Assembly (NCBI GenBank): GCA_046538485.1
Contig: JBKHIT010000063.1
Coordinates: 1-26,818, forward strand
Direction of reading: 5' to 3'
Length of the DNA: 26,818 nucleotides
DNA from: Candidatus Brocadiia bacterium
GTDB taxonomy: Bacteria; Planctomycetota; Brocadiia; SM23-32
Shown: in pieces, positions 9,569 through 18,782 of the stretch
How positions within the stretch are numbered: position 1 is the first letter of the stretch
How the letters are laid out: each line of letters opens with the position of its first letter
Notes under the pieces: generated by a model
Seen by the model: only the letters and a program-made list of their open reading frames with translations
The model's database searches: none
What the model was told of the DNA's origin: nothing
Made by a program: the position numbers and the translations under genes

Positions 9569-11665
9569 TTACTGTTTGATGATTTCTATACCGTTTATAA
9601 TTGAGCCCTTCGGTTTAAAGATGATCTCAATTCGCCCATCAATCGGCTCTATATCATCAATAACTTTGTCAACAGCACGATTACGCTTGCCCGTTTCTCC
9701 TATCGCATCGAAATCGGGAAGAACATTTTCTCCGTTAATATACACATCGAAAACCCTCTCACCGACATTGAAAAATCGATATGTCTCTGCGAAATGAAGT
9801 CTTACGGTATAGCGGCCATCCTCAACGTGAAACATGTACCCGGGCACATGATACCGCTCGTGCCGATATATTTCGTCAAGTTTGGTCCACTGTATTTGAC
9901 GATTCCGTCCCCGATACACCGTTCCGCCACCAGTGAACCCCCAATCGGTCTCCCCGGGTTTGTATTCCTGGTCCGCCGACCAGGAGACACCCTTCTCAGT
10001 TTTGTAATCCGAATCGCTTCCACAATTAACACGATATATAACCTCGCCTTCATCCGAAGGCCATGATATTATCTGTTCCTCTTCGGGGAGTTCTTCCGCT
10101 GCTCTTGCTTCTTTCATTGCTGCAGGTTCCGGATGCTTAAGTTTTCTAATTTCATTCAATTTTTCTTCCATCCGCCGGGCCACATCCGGGCGCTGGAGGT
10201 AAAGGTTATTCTGCTCGCCCAAATCTTCTGCGAGGTCGTATAACTGTTTTTCAGGGGCGTCATCCGGCGGCAAAACCGACGAATCACGGCTGAAAAAACC
10301 TCCGTGGCTTCTGTTAGGTATAAACTTCCACCTGTTGGACAACAGCGCCAGCGAACTGACCCCGTGAATCGGCAGATATTCCCTAACGGGTTTTCCATTG
10401 TCTTCTCCGAGCAATACCGGCAAAATACTGACACTGTCGGGGGCCTCCCCGGGCGCCAGATCCCGGTTAAGAATATCGGCAAAGGTAGCGTAAATGTCCG
10501 TTAAACCGAACAATTGATCACTCTCGGTGTCTTCTTCAACCACCCCCGGCCAGCGTACAACAAAGGGAACGCGATGACCGCCCTCCCATGCATCGCCTTT
10601 CATACCTCGCAGAGGGCCTGCGGCGCGATGATCGAATTTCTTCACATCTTTCGGAAACCACTGAGGGCCGTTATCACTTGTGGCTATTATCAAGGTGTTC
10701 TCGCGTAATCCAGTGCGATCCACTGCATCCACAACATCACCTAAAACGCTGTCTGTTTGCACTACGAAATCCCCATAGTCCCCCGCACCGCTCGCCCCCT
10801 GGAAAGGTTCGGTAGGCAGCCAGGGTTTATGGGGGGAGGTGAGAGCTACATAAAGGAAAAACGGACGTCCGCCATCCTCCTCAGCCCGTTCTTCTATATA
10901 TTTAACGGCTTCCCTGCCGAGTCGCGGCAATACATCTATTCTATGAATGTCCTTTTCCGGTGCCCCGACAATGGAATCATCGCCCTTCGGGGCTGCAAGC
11001 GCTTCTTTACCATCGATGTAGAGCCAGGTATAGTTCATTGAAGCGGGCACACCAAAGTAAGTTTCAAACCCACGATCCACCGGCCCGCCTTCAAGGGGCT
11101 TGGTACAATCATAGCCCCGTCCACCCTCAAACCCCAGATGCCACTTACCTATCATTGCAGTTTGATAACCCGCATCCTGCAAAAAACCTCCGAGGGTAGG
11201 CCTGTTTTCATCGATCAGAGGCGTCCGGGCCCAGTTCTGCCCGTGGACCACGATTCTTTCACGAAATGGGTGGCGCCCTGTCAGCAGACCATAGCGTGTA
11301 GGATGACAAATCCCGCTCGGACAATGTGCATTCGCAAAAGACATTCCCTCCTCCTTCAGAGCATTAAAATTGGAAGTGGGAACCTTCGAATCCGCGTTAT
11401 ACGGGCTGTCACTCACATCCCCAAAACCCATATCGTCAGCCAGCACAAAAACAATGTTGGGCCTGCTCAAGTTTGAGCCCCCCGTTCCCTCAGCACCCTC
11501 CGCCGATTTTCTAAATGCCGGGAAAAAAGCAAGCATTACAAAGGCCAGAACGCCAACCCGCAACCCGGGCAGAAAAATCAGAGGAAGAATAAAAATAATC
11601 CCTAAAACAAACAATAACGGTACAATAACAAACCCATTAGATCCACCCAACACTTTTTTGGCCAT
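9569..11665 (-). CDS. Cys-type (formylglycine-dependent) arylsulfatase-family enzyme with C-terminal malectin-like domain
   Basis: RPNIVFVLADDMGFGD, CHPTRYGLLTG, GKWHLG, TSDNG, WEGGHRVPFVVRWPG; C-terminal YRVNCG...WSADQ...YTVRLHFAETY...GERVFDVYING is malectin-like; AAGGAG SD. Confidence 0.92.
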   Translation of the reverse strand: MAKKVLGGSNGFVIVPLLFVLGIIFILPLIFLPGLRVGVLAFVMLAFFPAFRKSAEGAEGTGGSNLSRPNIVFVLADDMGFGDVSDSPYNADSKVPTSNFNALKEEGMSFANAHCPSGICHPTRYGLLTGRHPFRERIVVHGQNWARTPLIDENRPTLGGFLQDAGYQTAMIGKWHLGFEGGRGYDCTKPLEGGPVDRGFETYFGVPASMNYTWLYIDGKEALAAPKGDDSIVGAPEKDIHRIDVLPRLGREAVKYIEERAEEDGGRPFFLYVALTSPHKPWLPTEPFQGASGAGDYGDFVVQTDSVLGDVVDAVDRTGLRENTLIIATSDNGPQWFPKDVKKFDHRAAGPLRGMKGDAWEGGHRVPFVVRWPGVVEEDTESDQLFGLTDIYATFADILNRDLAPGEAPDSVSILPVLLGEDNGKPVREYLPIHGVSSLALLSNRWKFIPNRSHGGFFSRDSSVLPPDDAPEKQLYDLAEDLGEQNNLYLQRPDVARRMEEKLNEIRKLKHPEPAAMKEARAAEELPEEEQIISWPSDEGEVIYRVNCGSDSDYKTEKGVSWSADQEYKPGETDWGFTGGGTVYRGRNRQIQWTKLDEIYRHERYHVPGYMFHVEDGRYTVRLHFAETYRFFNVGERVFDVYINGENVLPDFDAIGETGKRNRAVDKVIDDIEPIDGRIEIIFKPKGSIINGIEIIKQ

Positions 11666-11867
11666 TCCCTTACTCCTTAAAATAAACTGTTGATATTGAA
11701 AATGCTGCTGGTTGCTGGTAGGTAAAAAATGTAAACCCTTAGTAAACTGCGTTCCAATTTGGGTTCCTTTTCACGTTTGCAGACAGAAGTCCAGTGATTC
11801 CTGCCTCAATTTTAGGAATAGGTAGTCGGTGTCACTGAAGACCCCAAGCGAACGGTCCTTTAGACCT

Positions 11868-14435
11868 TCAATCTTCCAGCAGTCCCGGGTCGATGTCCTC
11901 GACCGGCGTGGGCTTTTTCTCCTCCCACCCGCTGGCAGGAAGCTCCAGCCCTTCGAGAATCTCTTGACCCGGCGGGATGCGAAATACTATCTGGAGATTC
12001 TTCCAGTTGTTTTCAACAGTCACGATGATCTCGCCGTTTTCCCGGATAAAGGCATCCATCGCCCAGTCGAGGTCCAGCCAGCTTGATTCGCCGTAGAGTT
12101 TCTCGCCGACATACATCGCTCCAAGGTCTTCACCGGTCCGAGTGTTGTAAATGTGGATGAACTCATCGTCCCGCTGTTTTCCGAGCCCTGCGAACAGCAG
12201 GTCGCCAGTGACAGCAAAGGATTTCATAAAATGGCGCCCCTTTTCGATGGGCAGGTCGATCACGCTTACCTTCTCTCTGCGATCGGGGTCCGTGAAATGA
12301 TCGTAGCGTACCAGGTGGGCGCCGACCGAACCCCCGGTGCGTCCCTCGTAACCTTCCAAATAGCCGGAGATAAACATCCGGTCCTTCCGGGCATCGTAGT
12401 AGAAATGCTCCACCGGCGCCTTACCATGTTCGGTTGCGTAACGCGACTCGGGAAAATCGTCGGGCGTTGCGATAAACTCGCCCTCGCTTATGGAAAAATC
12501 CCATATCGGGTTATCATGCTCATCAAAGCCCTGAAGCGGGAAGTGAAGAAAACCCTGTTTTTCGGACCTTTGTCTCTTGAAACCATACCGATGAACCCAA
12601 ATACCCCCGAGGTTGTCGACAAAATGCTGCACCGTATTCTGGGTGGATTCGACGACAAGATATTCATCTTCGCCCATGCGACCGTCACCGTTCGCATCCC
12701 GCCACATCAGGCGCGCCCAGTTACCGTTAGCTTTCGGATGGTCGGGCGGATAATTACCGCTGGACTGGTGGCCGGAAGCAAGGAACACAGAGGGGATGAA
12801 GATTTCGCTGTTCGATTCAGGACGCAGAATCAGTGTCCCTTCCCGCCCGGCTCTTATTGCGGTAACAAGGTAGGGTTTATCATTGGGAAAACGCATCAGA
12901 TGAGTGCTATGCCTGCCTCGACGGTCATGCGGGAAGCGATAGGGGTCACTGGTTACGGCAAACCACGTGTCGAGCCGGTCGGTGCGGTCATAATGCAGCA
13001 GAGAACGGTTGGAACCGCCGCGGCCGCCGTAGACCACGGTGCCGTCATAGGCCCGGTCAAACGTAGTGGCGTTCATAAACTGCGAACTGTAGACCTGCCA
13101 CATCATCTCCTCGCCGTCGGGCGTGAACCGGCGGATAAAACTGCCGGCGTATTTCCCCCGCGTCGCGATCGAGATGTGACCTTCCTCATCGATCCCCACG
13201 CCGCACAGAGTGTCGAAGCGATGCGTACCCATGCGACCGGGCACAGGGCCGGCAAAAACGCCGCCCGGTTCCCCGAACTCTCCCGCATGCACCGGCTCCT
13301 CGCCCGGTGAAATATCGTAAATCTGCAAGTTCATCCGCTCGTGAGCGATGTCGGCAACATACATCCGCCCGTCCGGACCGCCGATGGTCAGGTCGCTCGG
13401 ACTGCCCACGTCGGGGACCTCGCGACCCGTTGGCTCTCCCTCGGGCGAGAACTCAATGATGCGGTATTCGCCTTCTTCCTGGGCGTTGGGTTTCCGCCCC
13501 TCGGAGACCTCCGGTCGCCGGATCGCCCAGATGTTGCCCTGCCCATCCAGCGCCACAGGGCCAGGATATCTCAAATCAAATTGTCGGACCCGCTCCATTG
13601 ATTCCACATCGAACACATGCACCTTATGCGTGCCGTCCTCGGCAATTACCAGAGTTTCACCGTCGCTTGCGATGCCGCGCAGCTGCTGAGGCGCCCGCCA
13701 GCCGTCATCTTCCTCGTGTTCCACCACATCATCTTCTCTATAGACGGGCAGGACGTTGCCGTCGCCCCCTTTTCCGCCATCAAACGGCGCCGGACGCGGA
13801 AAGTCCTGTTCATAAGGAGCCCAGCGGGGCTGGGGGCGGCTCTGGAAATCATCGGCGTGGTATCTGCCAATGGGGCGCCACTTTTCCCCCTCAAACTCGC
13901 TACTCTGCAGAGCGATGTAAAGATACCGGCTGTCTCCGCCGATCACCCGGCTGTGCTGACCGCGCACGCCGCCGAGCAAGTCGCCATCCGGACCGTATAC
14001 TGTATCCTCCCGGTGCGCCTCGTCCCAGGGACTTGATGTCAGTATCCGACCGTCGGGCAGAGCGCTGAGGTAACTGATAGAGGTTTGCACCCACTTCGGC
14101 CCGCCGGGCCAGGTATTGCCATACCAGGTAGTGGAATACTCCAGCCCCTCATCGTTTTCCTGCTCCGGCTCGGCCGGCTTGGCCTCATCCGTCCCTTCGC
14201 GGAGCCTCTCCAGCTCTTCATCGCTGAGGCTTTCGGCTTCCGCCGGAACAGCGGCAACCCTCGGTTCCTCCCTCTCATCATCACGGGCAGCTTCTGCGGG
14301 AGCCGCCGGTTCCGAAGGGCTTCTTGTCAGGAAAAACGCCGCGACTAAAATTGCAGCTATTACACCTAAGAACACTACTACCTTAACGCCGGATCCTTTT
14401 TGCCTCCTGTTTCGCCTGCTTCTTCTATAACTCAT
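11868..14435 (-). CDS. Membrane-anchored NHL/beta-propeller-like protein, paralog P2
   Basis: MSYRRSRRNRRQK + TM + Pro/Ala/Glu linker; GLEYSTTWYGNTWPGGPKWVQ; PGPVALDGQGNIWAI; DANGDGRMGEDE; AGGAGG SD. Confidence 0.75.
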   Translation of the reverse strand: MSYRRSRRNRRQKGSGVKVVVFLGVIAAILVAAFFLTRSPSEPAAPAEAARDDEREEPRVAAVPAEAESLSDEELERLREGTDEAKPAEPEQENDEGLEYSTTWYGNTWPGGPKWVQTSISYLSALPDGRILTSSPWDEAHREDTVYGPDGDLLGGVRGQHSRVIGGDSRYLYIALQSSEFEGEKWRPIGRYHADDFQSRPQPRWAPYEQDFPRPAPFDGGKGGDGNVLPVYREDDVVEHEEDDGWRAPQQLRGIASDGETLVIAEDGTHKVHVFDVESMERVRQFDLRYPGPVALDGQGNIWAIRRPEVSEGRKPNAQEEGEYRIIEFSPEGEPTGREVPDVGSPSDLTIGGPDGRMYVADIAHERMNLQIYDISPGEEPVHAGEFGEPGGVFAGPVPGRMGTHRFDTLCGVGIDEEGHISIATRGKYAGSFIRRFTPDGEEMMWQVYSSQFMNATTFDRAYDGTVVYGGRGGSNRSLLHYDRTDRLDTWFAVTSDPYRFPHDRRGRHSTHLMRFPNDKPYLVTAIRAGREGTLILRPESNSEIFIPSVFLASGHQSSGNYPPDHPKANGNWARLMWRDANGDGRMGEDEYLVVESTQNTVQHFVDNLGGIWVHRYGFKRQRSEKQGFLHFPLQGFDEHDNPIWDFSISEGEFIATPDDFPESRYATEHGKAPVEHFYYDARKDRMFISGYLEGYEGRTGGSVGAHLVRYDHFTDPDRREKVSVIDLPIEKGRHFMKSFAVTGDLLFAGLGKQRDDEFIHIYNTRTGEDLGAMYVGEKLYGESSWLDLDWAMDAFIRENGEIIVTVENNWKNLQIVFRIPPGQEILEGLELPASGWEEKKPTPVEDIDPGLLED

Positions 14436-14533
14436 CTTATGGCCTCCTGTTTCCTTTAAAAAACACTTCTTCTTAATAACCGCTCTCTTTAAATTTTAAA
14501 ATATAAAACACTGTTTACCTGCTGCTTTTTGCT

Positions 14534-15802
14534 TCAATCTTTTACTGCCGACGCTTCCGGCCTTAGAAGGGATGGATTAATCCATGCAAGTCCCGTTCTG
14601 TCACGCCAGATGGGATGCTCTGCATACTCTCGCCACTCGGGGCGGCCATAAATTATGCCCATTGCATACATCAAGGCGCCGTTTCGACCGCTGCGGCGGG
14701 GCCTGAACCGTTCCTTTACGCTGCTGTCGGGCCATTTGAAGATATCTTTCAACGCATTTTCATAAAAAAACTCAACCGCATCCTTCACCGATCCACCGCT
14801 CTCCGGGCCGTAATAGAAAAGATCCGGTCCTCCAGCATTGCGCACGGTTTCCATTGCGGCAGTAAGCGGCGCCAGGGCAAAGTAAGTGTACCATACTCCC
14901 CGGCTGCCCCGGTTAATCTCAGCCGGCATTCTTCCATCGGGCTCGATCTGCTTTCCAATAATTTTCTTCAGCCTTTCCACATTATCCTTAAAAGACTTTT
15001 TATCACCCAGATATACATCCGCACTGACAGCCGCCAGGATGCCCCAGCAGGCCCAGTTGTTATTTTTGTTTTTAATACCTGCCGCTTCACGGAACACAGT
15101 TTCAACCCATTCGGAAAAACGTGTCCGATGATCGGACTTCCATTGGGCGGCCCCATCGATCAACTCAGCTGCAAAGATAAAGGCGGTGCCATTGTAGCAC
15201 ATAACAAGCTCTCCATCGTTTCCCGAGGCTGTCTTATTAACACCGGACCATTCATTCAGGAGAGCCATCGCATGCCTAAGATAAGCATCCCGCTCATCCT
15301 CCTTCAATTCCCAACCGATACGCCAAGCCAATGCAGTGGAATAGGCGGCCATAGACTGGCGGCTCAGCAGGTTTTTCATGCGGTTATGGCCTTCATCATC
15401 ACGATAGTAGCCCGGCACATTGAAATCAGCCACCGCCTTCGGTTCGACCTCAAGGGATTTTTCGGCATATTCAAGGAGCTGGGTCCAGGCCTCTTCGGTG
15501 ATACGGTCCCCTTCTTTTAGACGTTTACGAATGCTTTGAATCTTATGGTCTGTACAGAAACCCGCTCCAAAGGAATCGGGGACATCTTTATTAAACTCAG
15601 GATTATCGTTAACTTTTTCGACAACATCGTGTCTCATTATCATAGAGTTGGCTTTTGTACAAAAAAACAAAAAAAACACGGCTATCAGAACCGGAAGAAT
15701 TATTCCTCCGCAAAACTTAAAACCCTGTGCAAAAAGCTGCCGACGATCTCTTTTGTTTTGAATTTTGGTATTGTAATTTTGAATTTGTCTGAAATTTGTC
15801 AT
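14534..15802 (-). CDS. Alginate lyase-domain (PF05426-like alpha/alpha toroid) polysaccharide lyase, secreted; start uncertain (15838/15826/15802)
   Basis: AAYSTALAW, AMALLNEWS, FIFAAELI, NNWACWG, QIEPDGRMPAEINR, RGVWYTYFALAPL and GPDLFYY resemble PF05426 lyases; RRQLF followed by a hydrophobic stretch at the N-terminus. Confidence 0.8.
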   Translation of the reverse strand: MTNFRQIQNYNTKIQNKRDRRQLFAQGFKFCGGIILPVLIAVFFLFFCTKANSMIMRHDVVEKVNDNPEFNKDVPDSFGAGFCTDHKIQSIRKRLKEGDRITEEAWTQLLEYAEKSLEVEPKAVADFNVPGYYRDDEGHNRMKNLLSRQSMAAYSTALAWRIGWELKEDERDAYLRHAMALLNEWSGVNKTASGNDGELVMCYNGTAFIFAAELIDGAAQWKSDHRTRFSEWVETVFREAAGIKNKNNNWACWGILAAVSADVYLGDKKSFKDNVERLKKIIGKQIEPDGRMPAEINRGSRGVWYTYFALAPLTAAMETVRNAGGPDLFYYGPESGGSVKDAVEFFYENALKDIFKWPDSSVKERFRPRRSGRNGALMYAMGIIYGRPEWREYAEHPIWRDRTGLAWINPSLLRPEASAVKD

Positions 15803-15899
15803 TTTGAATTTGCACTTTTGATGCATAATCCACACCAATCTTCATCTTTTATTTGCCTTGCAAGATTATTCTTAATTAGGCAACTGGCCACTACCTGTG

Positions 15900-16018
15900 G
15901 AGGTATTGTCAAATGTTGTGGATGAGAAATTTGAGTTTGTCCTCTGGAAAATCATTTACGCGGCCTCGTTGAGTTCGATGCCGTCCTTGAATTTGACCCC
16001 GGAGATCACCTTCGGGAT
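15900..16018 (-). mobile_element. IS256-family remnant: last 20 codons of transposase plus right terminal repeat
   Basis: 16018-15956 translates IPKVISGVKFKDGIELNEAA*, resembling the LPKVIxGVxFxDGIE..AA tail of IS256 transposases. It is followed by ATCCACAACATTTGACAATACCTC ending at 15900, resembling an IS256 terminal repeat. Confidence 0.72.
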
Positions 16019-18603
16019 TACTGCAGAAAGCCGGGGTCTATAGCCTCGACCGGCGTGGGCTTTTTCTCATCCCAGCCGCTGGCAGGAAGCTCCAGCCCTT
16101 CCAGTATCGACTGATCCGGCGGGATGCGAAAGACGATCTGCAGATTTTTCCAGTTGTTTTCCACGGTCACAATGATTTCTCCGTTCTCGCGGATAAATGC
16201 ATTCAGCGCGTGGGTGATATCCAGCCAGCTCGATTCGTGGTAGAGTTCCTCGCCGGTGTACATGGCGCCCAGGTGCTCGCCGGTGCGCGTGTTGTAGACG
16301 TGAACGAATTCCTGCTTCTTGATTTGCTTTCCCAGCCCGGCAAACAACAGGTCGCCGGCAACCGCCCAGGATTGGATGTGATACCACTGTTTCTTCTTGT
16401 CCTGGCGGGTGGGAAAGTCGATCCGACTTACCAGCTCCCGCCGATCGGGGTCGGTAAAATTGTCGTAACGGGCAAAGTTCGCACCGGACCCACCCTTGGG
16501 CCCGTCATAATCCTCGGCGTACCCGCTGATGAACATGCGGTCATGCTTCGCGTCGTAATAATACCGCTGAACCGTGGGCTCATTCACGTCCGATTGACGC
16601 CCATCGCTCGGGAACGGGGACGGATGCGGAAAGTAATCCGCCTCCCGCAGTTGGAATTCATAGACGGGGTTGTTGTGTTTATCGAAACCCTGAAGGGAAT
16701 GTCGCAGAAATCCCGACCGCTTCCCGGGCATGCCGACTCCCTTGCTACGCCATTCCCACAAAGCGCCCTCGGAATCCATCTGCCATGAGGTCTCGTCCAT
16801 GCTCCATGTGTTGACGACGTATTCGTCCTTGTCGAACTGTCCATTACCATCAAGATCACGCCACATCACGCGGCGGGACCTGGGATGTTGAGGTTTTTTG
16901 GGGGCCATCGGGCGGTGCGGCGGGTACCCTTTGCCCATGGCGCTCAGGAACACCGACGGCATGAAGATTTCGCTGTTATCTTCCTGGCGCAGGATCAGCG
17001 TGCCGAGCCGTTTGGCATCAACGATCAAGTAGGTCTCATCGTTGTCAAGGTGACGGGCATGAACCCTATGCCAGCGATAATCGTGGGGAAAGCGGCGGGG
17101 ATCACTGGTGATCGCCACCCAGTCGTCCAGCCGGCCCTCACGACTGTAATCCAGCACAAATCGATTGATTCCACCGTGGCAGCCGAATGTCACAGTGCCG
17201 TCATACGCATCGTCGAACGCGGTCGGGTTCATGAATTGCGCCGAATAGATCTGCCAGAGCATCTCCTTACCATCGGGGGTGAATCGTCGGACAAAACTTC
17301 CTGCCCGGCCGCGCGTACTGATCGAGATATAACCCTCATCATCCACACCCACACCAGAAAGAAAATCGAAGCGATGGGTGCCCATACGCCCCGGAACCGG
17401 TCCGCCGTAAACACCGTCCGGCTCCCCGAGCTGGCCGACACGCTGGGGCTTCTCCTGCGAAATATCGAAGATCTGCACGTTGATGCGACCCGGACCGATA
17501 TCGGCCACATGCATCCGCCCCTCCGGACCGCCGATGGCCAGATCGGTCGGTATAATAACATCGGTAATCTCACGCCCCGTGGGCTCCCCCTCCGGCGTGT
17601 ACTGCACGATGCGGTAATCGCCCTTCTCCTGAGCATTTTCATCCCTTCCCTCGGAGACCTTCGGCCGATGGATGATCCAGATGTTGCCCTCGGCGTCCAG
17701 GTCCAGCGGACCGGGGTATTTCAAGTCAAACTGGTGGGTACGCTGCATCGAATCAACATCATAGACATGCACCTTATGCGTGACGTCTTCAGAAACCACC
17801 AGCATCTGATCGTTGCTGGCGATGCCGCGGAACTGCTGGGGCGCGCGCCAGCCATCGTCTTCGTCATGACGGACCCGCTCTTCGCGAGAGGCCACGGCCA
17901 GAAGATGCCCCTTGTCGCCCCTGCCGCCTTCGAACGGCGCCGGACGCAGGAAGCCTTCTTTGTAACTATACCATTTATGAGCACGCCGTCTTTGGATGTC
18001 ATCAGCATGGTATCGGGCAAGGGTCTTCCATCGCGAGCCATCAACCTTTACATCGTTGTCACTACGATAAGCAACATAAATATAGCGGTTATCGCCACCA
18101 ATGACCCGGCTGCGTTGATTGGGCACGCCTCCGAGCAAATCACCGTCAGCGGAATAAACCGTATCCTCGCGATGCGCCTCATCCCACGGACTGGATGTAA
18201 TAAGCCGTCCGTCGGGCAGCGCGCTCAGGTAGCTGATGTGGGACTGTACCCATCGCGGTCCGCCCGGGAAGGAGTTCCCATACCAGGTGGTGGAATACTT
18301 CAGGCCCTTTTCGGTTTCCTGCTCGGGTTCAGCCGGTTCGGCCGGCTCGCGTTCCGGAACGGAAGCTTTTACTCCCGATTCCTGCTGCGGTGCGGGTGTG
18401 GGCGCGGACATATCTTTCTTCTCCACCGCGGCCCTCATCGGTTTTCCGGCCCCAGTGGCATCCTCCGCATCCGCGCGGAAACGCCAGTACGCCAGCCCGC
18501 CGACGACTCCCAGACCAACCAGAACCAGAATAATCAACGTCAGCCTGTTTCGCCTCTGTCTGTTGCTTCTCCTTCTTACTCCTCGTATTCTTCGGCTCAT
18601 CAT
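16018..18603 (-). CDS. Membrane-anchored NHL/beta-propeller-like protein, paralog P3 (start moved to MMSRR at 18603)
   Basis: Arg-rich N-terminus + TM + linker like P1/P2; GLKYSTTWYGNSFPGGPRWVQ; PGPLDLDAEGNIWII; DLDGNGQFDKDE; C-terminus nearly identical to P2. Confidence 0.75.
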   Translation of the reverse strand: MMSRRIRGVRRRSNRQRRNRLTLIILVLVGLGVVGGLAYWRFRADAEDATGAGKPMRAAVEKKDMSAPTPAPQQESGVKASVPEREPAEPAEPEQETEKGLKYSTTWYGNSFPGGPRWVQSHISYLSALPDGRLITSSPWDEAHREDTVYSADGDLLGGVPNQRSRVIGGDNRYIYVAYRSDNDVKVDGSRWKTLARYHADDIQRRRAHKWYSYKEGFLRPAPFEGGRGDKGHLLAVASREERVRHDEDDGWRAPQQFRGIASNDQMLVVSEDVTHKVHVYDVDSMQRTHQFDLKYPGPLDLDAEGNIWIIHRPKVSEGRDENAQEKGDYRIVQYTPEGEPTGREITDVIIPTDLAIGGPEGRMHVADIGPGRINVQIFDISQEKPQRVGQLGEPDGVYGGPVPGRMGTHRFDFLSGVGVDDEGYISISTRGRAGSFVRRFTPDGKEMLWQIYSAQFMNPTAFDDAYDGTVTFGCHGGINRFVLDYSREGRLDDWVAITSDPRRFPHDYRWHRVHARHLDNDETYLIVDAKRLGTLILRQEDNSEIFMPSVFLSAMGKGYPPHRPMAPKKPQHPRSRRVMWRDLDGNGQFDKDEYVVNTWSMDETSWQMDSEGALWEWRSKGVGMPGKRSGFLRHSLQGFDKHNNPVYEFQLREADYFPHPSPFPSDGRQSDVNEPTVQRYYYDAKHDRMFISGYAEDYDGPKGGSGANFARYDNFTDPDRRELVSRIDFPTRQDKKKQWYHIQSWAVAGDLLFAGLGKQIKKQEFVHVYNTRTGEHLGAMYTGEELYHESSWLDITHALNAFIRENGEIIVTVENNWKNLQIVFRIPPDQSILEGLELPASGWDEKKPTPVEAIDPGFLQ

Positions 18604-18782
18604 CTTTTCGCCTTCGTTAAAGAGTACTCTGAGCATTTTGCAAAAGCGTCCATTGGGCTGGAGTTCTTGCAAGGCAAGGTTATTTGTTTTCCTTCACTGC
18701 TATACAATCGTCTTCATATGCCTTCTGTTTTGCACGAAATTGTGGCGATGGACTATCGGCTGCCACTGGACCGGCTCCTGTT

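Noticed and set aside
11742..11758. Sigma54-like TGGAACG-N4-TTACT upstream of the sulfatase-malectin gene
   Set aside because: The conserved -12 GC is missing and no enhancer-binding protein is encoded in the window.
12153..13310. Long plus-strand ORFs opposite minus-strand genes (also 3666-4487, 7408-8202, 8464-9282, 14615-15520, 21390-22280)
   Set aside because: Codon-bias shadows of well-supported minus-strand CDSs.
18604..18672. Upstream TTG extension of P3
   Set aside because: P1/P2 begin directly with the basic tail; GAAGG precedes ATG 18603.
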